Below, in pieces: positions 26,495-41,159 of a DNA stretch of 64,000 nucleotides. The position numbers and the translations under genes were made by a program. This DNA is from Octopus sinensis. Its lineage: Eukaryota. The notes under the pieces are model-generated. The model had not been told where the DNA came from. It saw only the letters and a list, made by a program, of their open reading frames with translations, and searched no databases. The stretch covers positions 62,248,001-62,312,000 of the forward strand of contig NC_043009.1 of the NCBI RefSeq assembly GCF_006345805.1. Reading direction: 5' to 3'. How positions within the stretch are numbered: position 1 is the first letter of the stretch; every line of letters begins with the position of its first letter.

Positions 26495-27121
26495 CATCTT
26501 TCCCTCCTCCCCTGGGCGTCTTCTAGTACTTTACATGTACCACGTCTTTACGTTGTTGTGCTTTTTGTGTTTGTTCTTCTTTTGGGGATTTATATATATA
26601 TAACGTATTATCGGCCACACATTCACACGCTTGTTTCCATTATTAAAGCTACTTCCTTCAAAGTTCAAACTCCGCCGACGTCGACTTGTCCTTTCATCCT
26701 TTCGGGGTCTTTAAAATAAGCACCAGCTGATCGTCGGGTGCCGATGTAATCGACTTGCACTCCAATCCGAAATTGCTGACCTTGTGCCAAAGTTTGAAGC
26801 CATTGTTAAAGCCGCTTCTAATTCGAAATTTAATTCTATTTCACTCGTGCCTCGCCACAGTACATCAACAAATATACTTTACAGGATTTGTATATATGTC
26901 TCAGAGCAGCGTTTCGTTTCCAGATGAGCTGAAAGGTAGCGAAATATCGACAGCTATCGTTCTCGTTCCCCCTTCGGGCGATTCGTCTCGTTTGATCTGC
27001 GATATTCAGTGTTCTTAAAAACTCAGCGTAGAATAGGAATTTTCCCCCAGGACGCTTTCCCGCAGCAAATTGGCGTATATACAAAACACGAAAATTATGT
27101 ATATGGCACCGATAATATTTT

Positions 27122-27165
<44 letters not shown>

Positions 27166-27229
27166 TAGATAGATAGATAGATTTATTGATTGATACATAG
27201 ATAGATAAAGAAATAGATAGATAGATCGA

Positions 27230-27347
27230 TAGATACATACATACATACATATATACATACATGCATACATACATACATACTTGCATGTATGTATGTGTGT
27301 ATGTGTGTATGTATGTATGCATGTATGTATGTATGTATGTATGTATG

Positions 27348-27381
<34 letters not shown>

Positions 27382-27870
27382 TGTATGTATGTATGCATGT
27401 ATGTATGTATGTATGTATGTATGTATGCATGCATGTATGCATGTATGTATGTATGTATGTATGCATGTATGCATGTATGTATGTATGTATGTATGCATGC
27501 ATGTGTGTATGTATGTATGTATGTATGTATGTATGCATGTGTGTATGTATGTATGTATGTATGTATGTATATATGTATGTATGTATGTATGCATGTATGT
27601 ATGTATGCATGTATGTATGCATGCATGTATGTATGTATGTATGTATGTATGTATGCATGTATGTATGTATGTATGTATGTATGCATGTATGTATGCATGC
27701 ATGTATGTATGTATGTATGTATGCATGCATGCATGTATGTATGTATGTATGTATGCATGCATGCATGCATGCATGTATGTATGTATGTATGTATGTATGT
27801 ATGTATGTATGTGTGTATGTATGTATGTATGTATGTATGTATATGTATGTATGTATGTACGTATAGATGT
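27230..27870. repeat. (TATG)n/(CATG) microsatellite array
   Basis: Direct inspection; source of the YVCM/HTYI ORFs. Confidence 0.95.
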
Positions 27871-28662
27871 GTTTGTATCTATGTTTGTTACATGTCCCAC
27901 GGCCCGACAACGGTGTTGGTTTTGTTAACGTCCTCGGAACATGGCGGATCGGGAAAAGAGACTGCTAGATTAAGTATCATATTTAAAAAAAGAAACTTAA
28001 GTCCATTTGTTCGACTGAAGCACTTCAAGCGGTGCCCCAGTATGACCACAGTCCAATAACTGAAACAAGTAAAAGATCGACATTGAAATAATGGCCCCAG
28101 TATTTGACGAGTATTTCATTTTAGTGATCCCGGGAAAGTTTAAGGCGGCGAGCTGGCAGAAACGTTAGCACGCCGGACGAAATGCGTAGCCGTATTTCGT
28201 CTGCCGTTACGTTTCGTCGTTTCGGGGTCGATAAATCAAGTACCAGTTACGCACTGGGGTCGATGTAATCGACATAATCCGTTTGACTGTCCTTGTTTGT
28301 CCCCTCTGTGTTTAGCTCCTTGTGGGTAGTAAAGAAATAGGTATTTCGTCTGCCGCTACGTTCTGAATTGAAATTCCGCCGAGGTCGACTTTGCCTTTCA
28401 TCGTTTCGGGGTCGATAAATTAAGTACCAGTTGCGTACTAGGGTCGATCTAATCGACTGCCCCCCCCCGCCCTCCTCAAAATTTTCGGGCCTTGTGCCTA
28501 GAGTAGAAAAGATCCCGGGGAAGTTTATCTCGGTTGGAACTGAACTCAGAACGTAAAGAGTCATAAGAAATGCTTCAAGGCATTTTGCTCAGCTTCTCTG
28601 CTAATGACTCTGCCTTCTCCTCCGCCTGTTTCTCTATTATTCTCCTTGATTAGTTATTTGTC

Positions 28663-28720
<58 letters not shown>

Positions 28721-29011
28721 CCATTGTCTTGCTCTCTCTCTTCTCTCTCTCTCTCTCTCTCTAACTATATCTGCTTTCCCTCACTTTATCTCAACTTCAT
28801 TTGTTTATTCTCTTCCTTCTACCTTTGTTCCATTCTCTACGAGCATGAGTGTGTTTGTATGTCTTTGTGCGCGCGCATGTGTGTGTGAGAGAGAGAGAGA
28901 GAGAGTGTGTGTGTGTGTTTGCACGTGCGCGTGTGCATACGAATGTGCGTGTAAACCCGTGTCTGTGTAAAATATGGAGAACAGCAATCAAAGATAGATA
29001 GATAGATAGAC

Positions 29012-29065
<54 letters not shown>

Positions 29066-29070
29066 ATGGT

Positions 29071-29122
<52 letters not shown>

Positions 29123-29123
29123 C

Positions 29124-29189
<66 letters not shown>

Positions 29190-29194
29190 ATGGT

Positions 29195-29246
<52 letters not shown>

Positions 29247-31090
29247 GGGGAGATAGAGAACGGAAGATAGGGGGGAGATATTAATCTGTGTTGAATGAGT
29301 AATGAAAAATCAAGTAATATCGGAAATTGTGTCCAAACAACAGACATCAATGATGAAGATTAAATATGCTGCTAACATCTTAGGAATGGTAATTATTGTC
29401 ATAGAGGATGGATCCTATAAAGCAATAAAACTAAACATGGAGATTGGATTTCTGAAATGTTGGTGATTGAAGTCGTATAAACATGGTAATTGGAATCTGG
29501 TTGTCGAGGTTCGAATTCATTAATATGCAATGCTAACCTTGCACCAAAGTGCTCAGGCCCAGGCTTGTTCCGTTTAAATTATTCATGCTGTAATTATCTT
29601 TGCTGCTTGTCAGTAACTAAAGGAAAGGATCAAGAACACTTTTGTGGAAACGTAGCCATGGAAATAAATGAAACCCCGCAGAAGCTAGTAAAGGTGGAGG
29701 CACGTGGGTTAGTCATTGGGATGCTGGAGTCATGATCGTAAGATTGCGGTTTCGATTTGTCGACCGGGCGATGCGTTGTGTTCTTATGTAAATTACTTCA
29801 TTTCTATTTCTTTACTACCCTCAAGGGGCTAAACACAGAGGAGACAAACAAGGACAGACAAACGGATTAAGTCGATTACATCGACCCCAGTGCGTAACTG
29901 GTACTTAATTTTATCGACCCCGAAAGGATGAAAGGCAAAGTCGACCTCGGCGGAATTTGAACTCAGAACGTAACGGCAGACGAAATACGCTGAGCATTTC
30001 GCCCGGCGTGCTAACGTTTCTGCCAGCTCGCCGCCTTTCTTGTGTGAATCACTTCATTTCATGTTGTTCCAGTCCACTTGGCTGGCAAAAAAGAGTATTC
30101 CTGCGACCGAGCAGCGTCTTGTTCAGCGGAGAAATATATAGGCCAGAGAAACCAGGAAATTGTCCCTTATGCCGTATTGTGGACTAACCAGAAACTAGTA
30201 AAATGTGTTAGGGGAGGATGACGAATGGACATATGGAAAACAGAGGAAGGGAAAACACACACAGGCTGTGGACACGCTCGCCCCTCGTCAGTTATCGGTC
30301 AAAAAACCAGCACGATTTCGACGTCTTATCGATACTTTTCAAATTGCTGGTGCCAACAGAAAAAAAAACTGCGGAGTATAAATGAGCGAAGAAGAACACA
30401 ATAAGACAAATACGAAAAAAAAAAGGACGAGGTAAAAAGATGAAATAAGAGGAGAAAGGGAAAATATTAAAAAAATCTTAAAACAAAGACAAAAACGAAA
30501 AAATATAAATATAATAAACGACTCCCAGAAGCTCTGTGTGTGTGTGTGCGTGCGTGTGTGTGTGTGTGTGTGTCCATGTTCTGCTTCTGGATACTCTTAT
30601 TGTGCAAGTAATAAGTGATATAAATTAAATATGTTATGCTGTCAATAATTAGACGATCGCATGTTCAATTCCCGTGAGAAATCTAATGTGTTAATTAGCT
30701 CATTAGGTTAACTGCCATTTCTTTCAGGTTTCTGTCCATTTTCAAAGATAATTTTGTTAGGCATAGAAGAGAATTCTATTGAAAATGTACTGATTTATTT
30801 TGGCTTTTATTAACGTGTTTTACACAATAAATAATTTTCACATCAAGACTAGGTTTGCATTGATGAAATGGGTGTGTGTGAAGAACCAGCTGGTAGTATA
30901 TATACATGTGTGCGTGTGTATGTGTGTATGTATGTATGTATGTATTTACGTACACACACACACATATATACATATATATACATATACATACATATATATA
31001 TATATACATATATATATATGTATATATACATATATATATTATATACATATATAACTATGTATATATGTATATATATATCTATATACACTA

Positions 31091-31195
<105 letters not shown>

Positions 31196-32724
31196 TATAT
31201 ATATATATATACAGCCGGTGTTCATTCAAAACCAATGAATAGTATCTCACGAAACCGCGGTATGCTTGAATCTCCTTAATAATCTCATAATAATGGTTTA
31301 TGACTTGTATTACTATTATTCCTACCTCAGTCCATCTAAATGTATATATCCTGTCGTTACCTTTCATAAAAAATAGTTTACATTTTCTTTTTATAACATA
31401 TTTCTATTATATTATATATATATATATAATATCGTTCATTTAAATATCGACTTTATCAAGTGGTCAGTATGGGAATAAAAACCTTCAAAGGTAATAATTA
31501 TTATTAAAATTATAATTTAGGGTATCTAAGAGACACCACCACGCTGGAAATAGCAGCCAAAACTTGACTCTAAAACCACATTAAACGTTCATACAGCACC
31601 AGGAGAGAAGACAAAAGGACAAAATAAACTAGCAAAAAATTACTGGATAATTACAGATCCCGGAGTTCTGATCTGCATAAGAAATGCTTTGTCTCATCAA
31701 TGGAATATACACTATATCTCTTAAGATACCCTTAATTATAATTATATATATATATATAAATATTATTAATATATACTGAAAATTAGTAAGGGATTTCTGC
31801 AGACGTTTACTGGTTTTCTCACAACATAGGTTATTTAACGATTAGTATATAAATCCATTGGATTATTCTTAATATATTACCTTTAGCTATATAGGTTTCC
31901 TGGACAATTTTAAATCAATAATAATTCTTTCTGCTAAAGACACAAGGCCTGAAATGTTTGATGCAGGGGACTAGTCGAACACATTGACCCGAGTGTTTCA
32001 CTGGTACTTTAATCATCGACCCCGAAAGGATGAAAGGCAAAGTTGACCTCGACGGAATTCGAACTCAGGACGTGCAGTCAGACGAAATGCTGCCTGAGAA
32101 CCAATGCTGGTTTGCTTACTTGGGAAGTGGGTCAGGGGAATCTTTACTGAAAACCCCGGCAAAGAAGATGGACAAAATAAATACCAAATTAGTACTGGGG
32201 TGCGACCCCTTCGACTAAAACTCTTCAAACAGCTGAAGCAAGTAAAAGCTAAAAGCTAAAAGAGCAATTCCCTAAGCTGTATGGTGTGTTATACGATTAT
32301 TCTGTCAACTTAGTGCTACAGTTTATAGGCAATATGGCCACACTGCTGACCGCTGGCAGTTTATTGTCGCCAGTGAAATAGACCCAAAATAGTCATACTT
32401 ACCTTAACCACTCTGCTGTTCTCCAACAATCTCTGCAAGAAATCGCCCGAGTCCCCCATTTTCATAACGTTTCGCATTGAAGACAATCATCAAGAATCAT
32501 GGCGTTCAGTGATGAAAATATTCACTCTAGGTGGCAAAGGGTGTCACTTTGGGCGCTAATGAAAGTCATTTTGTGGTGGTAAACAGAGTTATTTTTGCCA
32601 GTAGTGAGGGCCACTTTTGGAAATGAACACATTCACATTAGTTGGTGAAAAAACAAAATTAAGTTTTCATAGCTTTTACAAGCGTGTATATATGCGTTCG
32701 TGATTGTGTGTGTGTGTATTTGTA

Positions 32725-32755
<31 letters not shown>

Positions 32756-33239
32756 TGTGTGTTTATTACATGTATGAACACATGGCTCAAACGGACCCAC
32801 AAATAGATTAGCACTGCTTCCGGTTGTGCAAAAACTGTCCTGTTTTCTTTCTTGTGTCCACAAATTCGGTTTAAGTTTCAGCTTCTCTTCCCGTGAGTAC
32901 CAAATGTTTACGTTCTGAGTCGTTTGTCGAACTTGTGGCAGACGGATTTCATAAGACCGTTGCCGGATGAGTATGGGTGGTCGTGGCGACCGTGAAGAGG
33001 AATATCTAAGCAATGCAGCCGGTTGTTTGTGCAGCCTGGACGTTCGTTCTCACGACACAACCACATAAAGTCCTTTCAGGAGTACCATCTGCCTGTAAAG
33101 AAGAAAAATACTCGCATCATCATCATCATCATCCATCATCATCATGCTTAAAGCCAACGTCAGTAGAAAAAGTGTTTCTATACATATACATATGTATGCT
33201 TGTTTGTGTATGAGTGTGTGTGAATGTGTGTGTGTGTGT

Positions 33240-33603
33240 GTGTGTGTGTGAGTGTGTGTGTGTGTCTGTGTGAGTGTGTGTGTGTGTGTGTGTGTGAGTG
33301 TGTGTCACCCATTTACAGGTGAGTGGACTGGAGCATTGTGTGTGTGTGTGTGCGTGTGTGTGTGTGTGAGTGTGTGTCACCCATTTACAATGAGTGGACT
33401 GGATCATTGTGTGTGTGTGTGTGAGTGTGTGTGTGAGTGTGTGTCGCCCATTTACAGGTGGGTGGACTGGAGCATTGTGTGTGTGTGTGTGCGTGTGTGT
33501 GTGTGAGTGTGTGAGTGTGTGTCACCCATTTACAATGAGTGGACTGGATCATTGTGTGTGTGTGTGTGAGTGTGTGTGTTAGTGTGTGAGAGAGAGAGAG
33601 TGT

Positions 33604-33644
<41 letters not shown>

Positions 33645-33678
33645 TGCGTCACCCATTTACAGGTGAGTGGACTGGAGC

Positions 33679-33723
<45 letters not shown>

Positions 33724-33740
33724 TGTGTGTGTGTGTGTGC
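33240..33740. repeat. Minisatellite: five units of about 36 bp spaced by (GT)n
   Basis: gtgtcacccatttaca(ggt/at)gagtggactgga(g/t)catt near 33302, 33373, 33441, 33519 and 33646. Confidence 0.9.
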
Positions 33741-34377
33741 ATACAAGAGAAATAAACATAGAAGATGCACTGTTCCTATGTAGAAACTGCAGAAGCTACT
33801 CAATGGTATTGTAAGCTGTTCTTCTGAATCAACCGCGATGTAGGAAACCCTACCGTATAATCAGAGTCATAAGTGTTTCGAGCCTTAGTCCGTACGCTTT
33901 GACTGAGTGGGCCGGCGAGGGCTGAATTAGTCTGCAGAAGAGTTCCCCCTGCGGTCTCTTGTTTACCACAATCAACTTGACTTGGTTTCAGCTGCCATGC
34001 CAATCTCCATGGCGGTTTTCTTCAGTTGCCTGGGTTCCAGTCCAGTTTTCGGTAGGAAATAGCACACTATGTATAGCTGAAAAGCTTCAACAGCTGACTT
34101 CGATAGAGAATGCCAAGAGTTTCATCGATTAAATCGGAGCAAGACGTTAAGAAACGCTATAGCACAGTGCTAAGGAAATGCTGTCACGCAATGAATTAAA
34201 ACCGCATTTCTGATTGAAGCATGCGATTGAAATCGTTAATAATAAAAATAACTAGAAAATCACATTGTCATAAAGATATAATAGAATTAGAGATTTTAAG
34301 AATGTAGACTTTAATAGTTCATTTCTTTTAGTAAAAGACACATACTCATTAATAAGCTACTTTCTATATTATAGCAG

Positions 34378-34782
34378 ACTAGCAGTATCGCCCGGCGTTG
34401 CTCGGGTTTGTAAGGGAAATAACTATAGAGCATTTTTAGAGTTATAGCCAAAAAATAGCAAAAAAATAGATTCAAAATGGAAAAAAAAATGATGGCAAAT
34501 TTTTTTTAAATTGTTGACTCATCGTAGACATTTTTAGAGAGTACTTCCCTTATATAATAGCGAAAAAAATGCATTAAAATGGAAAAAAAAATGATGGTAA
34601 ATTATTTTTTAAAATCGTAGTAGAGAATCATCGTAGACGCGCGCTAATACCCAGAAGGGCTCGATATGAATCACGACTATAAGATACTCGGTTTTGGTTA
34701 AACTGCACCGCAAAATGTGGGAGTAGTTAGGAATCTAAATCGTAGGAGACAGACACACAACTTGACTTTTATATATAAAGAT
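34378..34782 (+). mobile_element. Non-autonomous Helitron/Helentron-like element (DINE-1/Lep1 style)
   Basis: Starts ACTAGCAGTATCGCCCGGCGTTGCTCGGG (subterminal hairpin), has an internal tandem duplication, ends gacagacacacaacttgacttttatatataaagat; no TSD seen. Confidence 0.6.
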
Positions 34783-35219
34783 ATGTCCAAAATTGGTATT
34801 CTACATAGCGATGGTGCTCAACCATCGAAATTTCCGGATGTCACACACGAATAATAGCGATACTTTTACGTTCTATCAACTGGATTTTAAAGACCACATG
34901 CACTCCCCAACTACATCGGTGTAGTTTCTCGACATTTCTACTTCCGGCTACTGTTACAGTTATCTCCATTGATGTTTGTTTTAGATTATAAACAACTCAT
35001 TGCAAAGATCCTCTCCGTAAATCAAAGACATTTTATCTCGTTCCGCTATGTATGTGAGATTCGATCGTGTCTGTGTATTTTATGTACAGCTCTGCACTCT
35101 GAGGTACTTTACATACTTGCATACATACATACATACATACATACATACATACATACATACATACATACATACATACATACATACAAACACACACATAAAT
35201 ACATACATACACGTATATA

Positions 35220-35510
35220 TAGTGGAGGCGCAATGGCCCAGTGGTTAGGGCAGCGGACTCGCGGTCTCGATTCCCAGACTGGGCGTTGTGAGTGTTTATT
35301 GAGCGAAAACACCTAAAGTTCCACGAGACTCCAGCAGGGGGTGGTGGCGATCCCTGCTGTACTCTTTCATCACAACTATCTCTCACTCTTTCTTCTGTTG
35401 GCCTGCCCGCTTAGCAAGCGAGGTGACGTCACCTGAAGGCTAAAACAATGCAAAGCGCATTGTGACCAGCGATGTGTAGCAACATCTGATAGCCTGGTCG
35501 GTCACGGTGA
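35220..35510 (+). mobile_element. tRNA-derived SINE family C (second copy 62127-62500 with a different tail)
   Basis: gtggaggcgcaatggcccagtggtt…tcgattccc head shared for about 150 nt between the two copies. Confidence 0.75.
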
Positions 35511-37689
35511 TATATATATATATATATGTATCCACTTCCAAGTAAGTTTTTATCTTAATAATTATGATGTGCACTCTTAACTCTTAACTTTACTGTCTCT
35601 CTCCCTCTCTTATTCTTCATTCTTTCTGGTTTTCGCTACCACTCTTCCCTATTCTTCCCTCCCTTTCACCGTTCATTTTCTCTTCCTCCTCCTCCTCCTC
35701 GCTGACATGTGACCAGAGGATTACTTTCTTTCTGACTACTGCCTTCAACAAGTGTAGACGGCTTTCCTGTCCCTCTCTTATGCCGTTTTCTCAAAGCGTT
35801 CAAAATAATTTTTCCTTTCGTCTCAGCTTAACAACCCTTACCGTTTGTTTTTACTGTGTTATTCTCTTTGTCCTGTCTTTTACTGTTTTTATTTGTATTG
35901 TTTTTACTGTCCTGTTCTTGTTACCACTTTTACCCCTCTGCAAAAAATTCCCAAATTTTATTTAATTTGCTTTGCTTGAAGGACTGTTTCAACGAAGTCG
36001 TGTCTTGCCCTTACCTTCGAAACACGGAGTAGTCGAAGCAGGGGCAGGTGAAGAAGGGGAATATTCCTTGTGTTGTATGTCTTGTACTCTGTTTTTTCGT
36101 TGTTTCAAAAAAGTCCGTTTCCATGTTTTGTTTTTATGTTTTTATGTTTTCGTTTCTCATTGTGCTCTACGTTTTTTTGGTGTCCTGTACTCATATATGC
36201 ATGTATATATAGATATAGATGTAGGTATGTACATATATGTATGTATATATGCATATGTTTTATTTATTATTTTTGTTATTATATATACATATATATATAT
36301 ACATACATACATACATACATGCATATATATATATATATATATATATACATGCACGCATGCATAGTTGTATTTGTATGGATGGATGGATACACGCTACCAT
36401 ACTTAATACAATGATCTAAACGTTGTTTAAACAATTGAAATTAGTTTTTTAAAAGAAAATTCATGATCCTCGAAGATAAAGCTTACTTAGCAAGGGAAGC
36501 GACTCTGAAACAGACAATTAGACTGAAATGTCAGCCACTTTGATTTTGAAGTTCTGTCCCTTGCTGTTCTTTACATGAATTTTTATTAACGCTTTATTAT
36601 CTCTTTTACAAGAGGTGGAAGCATACAGCATTATATTAGGCTCCATTGACCTGTATGTTCGATGTGCAGAATGCTACTCCAAGACGTTTGTCTATATCAT
36701 TACATGCTTGTATGGTTTTTGTTTGAGTATTATTTAAGTTTTCGAGAGAGTTTAAGCCGGTCGCTATCAAAGCGAGATGACTTTTAGAGTTAAGAGAGTT
36801 CCCGGTGTTTGTGAATATGTGGTTGAGTTAGGGTGTTGGTTGAGTTGTCGATCCATACACCCAACTGCGTGCCTCTATCCACATAATAATCTCGCGTAGA
36901 CAGTCTTTGGAATATCTTACACATCTTCACTGCGCCTCTAATCAATTGGATTTGGATAATCCGCGACAGTTTCTTTTGCTCTTTTTCCGAGAAACCGGTT
37001 ATTTCTAGGTTCTATGTGTGTGTGTATGTATGTATGTATGTATGTATGTATGTATGTATGTATGTATGTATGTATGTACGTACGTACGAGTATGTTGTTA
37101 ATTATTTGAAATCTCCTGAGAAAGGAGCTGGGTTCTAACACAGATACAAAGCTATATCGTTTGAATGTAGAATATGCGTGTATACACACACACACACATG
37201 CACACACACACACATACACACGCACACGCACACACACGCACGCATACACACACACATATATATATATGTATATGTATATAGGCATATATATGTTTGTGTG
37301 TGCGCGCATTCATACATACATACATACATACATACATACATACATACATACATACATACATACATACACAGACACGCAGACGCATGTGTGCATTCATACC
37401 CATGCATGTGTAAAACTTGGCTATACATACATATATATATATATATATGCAAATCACCAGACAACAGATTGAGGGAATAAGAGATTAATGAGCCGAATGA
37501 TACGGTAATATTAAAATGACATTTTAAGTGCATATGAAAACAGAATGACAGAATATTGGTGGGAGTGAAGCAACTGGAATGACCATTCGTTTATTGATTC
37601 TGTGCAACTTTGCCACCGATGAACGTTTACATTATCTCCTTGGAAACCTAATAATCAACACCACCACCACACCACCACCCTCACAAATA

Positions 37690-37811
37690 CCGTAGAAAGA
37701 CCACCACAGCCACCACAGCCACCATAACCACCTACCACACCAGGACCACCACCATGACGACAACAACAGCAACAATTAAAACAATAAAAGCAACAATGTC
37801 TTCAGCTGCTG

Positions 37812-37891
<80 letters not shown>

Positions 37892-39440
37892 ATTAGCCCA
37901 CCACCAGACCAATACCACCACCACCACAACCACCAATACCACCACCGCTACCACCACCACTACCACCACCACCACCACCACCACTTCCACTACCACCATC
38001 TCTACTCCCACCACCACCACCACCGCAACCACCTCTGCCATTTTTGCTATCCCACAACTACAATCCACCCTGTCACCACCACTACAACCGCAACTACTGC
38101 CATTACACCATTATCACAAAAGCTATGCCATTACAGCCATCATACTACTACCACTACAACTACTGCAACCCCTACTACAAGCACCGCATCAGCATCACCA
38201 TCACAATCATCATTCGCAATATCAACATTCGCACAACTTGCATCGAGGCAAACCATCGTGTCACAAACACCACTAGCACCGCAACCATTACGCCATTGCC
38301 ACCACAGCTGTCACCATCGTCACACAGTTGCTACATCACCATTACTACAACCATGACTGCATCTAACACAACCACCATCACCACCACAACCCAAACAAGT
38401 GCCACCACCGCTACTACAACCGACACTGCTATCACAAACAACACAATCACTACCTATGCAACCACCTAAACAACGACCACCGCAAATACTATTACGATCA
38501 GCACAGCTATAACAACTACCATCACCACCACAACCCAAACAAGTGCCACCACCGTTACTACAACCGACACTGCTATCACAAACAACACAATCACTACCTA
38601 TGCAACCACCTAAACAACAACCACCGCAAATACTATTACGATCAGCACAGCTATAACAACTACCATCACCACCACAACCCAAACAAGTATCACAACCGCT
38701 ACTACAACCAACACTGTATCACAAACAACCACCACCTAAACAACCATTACGATCAAGACAGCTATAACAACCACCTTCACCACCACAACCCAAACAAGTA
38801 TCACAACCGCTACTACAACCAACACTGTATCACAAACAACCACCACCTAAACAACCATTACGATCAAGACAGCTATAACAACCACCTTCACCACCACAAC
38901 CCAAACAAGTACCACCACCTCTACTACAACCGACACTGCTATCACAAACAACACAACCACTACCTATGCAACCACCACAACTACAATTACGACCAACACA
39001 GCCATAACAACCACCATCACCACCACCACAACTACAACCGACACTGCTATCACAAACAACACAACCACCACCTAAACATCCACCACAACTACTATTACGA
39101 TCAACACAGCCATAACAATCACCATCACAACTACAACCCAAACAAGTACCACCACCGCTACTACAAACGACACTGCTATCACAAACAACCACCACCTAAA
39201 CAACCACCACAACTACCATTACGACCAACACAGCCATAACAACCACATCACCGCCACCACAAGCCAAACAAGTACTACCATCGATACTACAACCGACGCT
39301 ATCACAAACAACGCAACTACCACAACAACCACCACAGCTATCATTACGACCAACACAGCTATAACAACCACCATCACCGCCACAACCCAAGCAAATACAA
39401 ATACCACTACTACAACCGCCGACACTACTATCACAACCAC
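37690..39440. repeat. ACC/ACT/ACA low-complexity tract with a higher-order 110-150 bp tandem unit
   Basis: Repeated cacagctataacaac…accacaacccaaacaagt…actacaaccgacactgctatcacaaacaac units; similar low-complexity tract at 49380-50300. Confidence 0.85.
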
Positions 39441-40733
39441 AAGCAAACGAGGATACTGTATGTGGTCGCATGATTTGCTAGTAAAAGCAGCTAAATCTCT
39501 GTTCAAATCAGACCCTAACAGTTTAAAATCAAGCCAGATACATTAGATAATGTGGTCCTAGGTAGACGGGGTCCTGAAAAGATTATGACGTGATGGTCAC
39601 CGCTGGAAATTCCGTTGTTTCGCGTTCCTATCGGTCTTGATGCTGAACAAACAACCAGACTAACAACCAACCGCCGCCGCAGCTACCATCACCACCATTA
39701 GCCAACCATCGACAAAGCCATGATACAACTACTACATAACGCTACCACCACCAGCACCACCACCACCACCACCACCACCTCTACCCCTATTACTGTCAGC
39801 AGAGAAATCACCATCGATGCTGTAAAATAAACTTCCTCCCCGCATCAAGTCTCCCAGTCCGCACCAGACAACCGCGGACGCCACCGTCACCGTTACCACC
39901 GCCGCAACCACCACCACCATCACCACTACCATCGCAGTCACCACCGCACACTCCGCACCCCAACACCTCGCCAACCAGCCAGTGTTCAGCCCATTCAACG
40001 CAGACGTTCGATGCAGCAGCCAGTTACACTTGTGCTGCTTTGTTTCTCGATGCCGCATCACAACATATCTCCAAGTTTTTTGGCTCACGTAACACACAAT
40101 TGTTCTCGTATATATGTATGTAGATATGTGTGAGTGAGTGAGCGCGCGGGCGCGAGTTTGCATGAGTATGTGTGTCGTCTGCGAGCGGTGGACGCCGGCA
40201 TAGCCGAGTGGCTAAGACGCTCACATTGCAATCACGAGTTTCCGGGTTCGATCGTACATTAGGGCAATTTTTTGCAAATATTTTTTTTCCTTCGTTTTTC
40301 TTTCTTTTTTTTTTTTATTCCATTTCTTGTTTTGTTTTGTTGGAATTTAGAGTCGACCCAAGTCATTTCAGTGAAATGGAAGGGGCAGAAACTCTGGGAG
40401 CCCCGACATATTCAGCTTCACACTGATTCTACCGAAGAATAACATTGAGAGTTGCAAGTATATCTGGTATATTCAGCCGCAACATTTAAGATGGAGGTTT
40501 TATACATACATACATACATACATACATACATACACACAGAAAGCTAATTCGAAGACTACAGATCCGATCCATCGCTGGAACTATAGAAATCTGTAAAACT
40601 TTCCAGAAGTTTATCATTTAGATATATATGAGCATACAGTTCTAAATTTAAGAGATGAGGAATTATGTACATTATTTACATTATTTACATTATTTACATT
40701 TTGACGGATTTTGTCCTCATCTTGTTTGTTGTT

Positions 40734-40779
40734 AACACAACGTTTCGGCTGATATACTCTCCAGCCTTCATCAGGTGTC
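40734..40779 (-). ncRNA. Minimal type I hammerhead ribozyme motif (intact)
   Basis: GACAC CTGATGA A GGCTG-gagagtatat-CAGCC GAA ACGT T GTGTT; predicted cut between 40739 and 40738. Confidence 0.8.
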
Positions 40780-40836
40780 TTGGGGAAGTTTCAAACCTGG
40801 GTTCTCATTCCTGAGGTATTTTTCAATGTTGTTGTT

Positions 40837-40909
<73 letters not shown>

Positions 40910-40969
40910 TCACTCGGATTCTTGGGGTTAAGCCCGCGCTCTTAACCACTACGCCATATGCTCGTGTGC

Positions 40970-41048
<79 letters not shown>

Positions 41049-41113
41049 CAACAACAACAACAACATCGAAAAACACCTTAGGAATGAGAACCCAGGTTCC
41101 AAACTTCCCCAAG

Positions 41114-41159
41114 GACACCTGATGAAGGCTGGAGAGTATATCAGCCGAAATGTTATGTT
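41114..41159 (+). ncRNA. Minimal type I hammerhead motif (decayed copy)
   Basis: GACAC CTGATGA A GGCTG…CAGCC GAA ATGT T ATGTT; two transitions weaken stems III and I. Confidence 0.6.

Noticed and set aside
35970-36130. GAAGG…CCTTC GAAAC stem and a strong minus-strand donor AAG|GTAAGG
   Set aside because: No CUGANGA core. The sequence resembles repeat termini, and splicing it to 33092 hits a stop, so it is called neither a ribozyme nor an exon.
36487-36504. Possible 18-nt microexon (ttgtctgtttcag|…|gtaagc) on the minus strand
   Set aside because: Such motif pairs arise by chance in 64 kb; it has a stop in phase 0 and no other support.
37754-39506. Mucin-like Thr-rich, or Cys/Gly-rich, ORFs
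   Set aside because: Low-complexity tandem DNA; the Thr frame has a TAA within the repeat unit (ACC TAA ACA) and no convincing splice context.
39739-40125. Pro-rich open plus-strand frame
   Set aside because: No ATG and no clear acceptor; the C/A-rich strand is depleted of stop codons.
40190-40262. tRNA-like sequences here and at SINE heads
   Set aside because: A/B-box-like motifs without a full cloverleaf; SINE-derived, so no tRNA gene is called.
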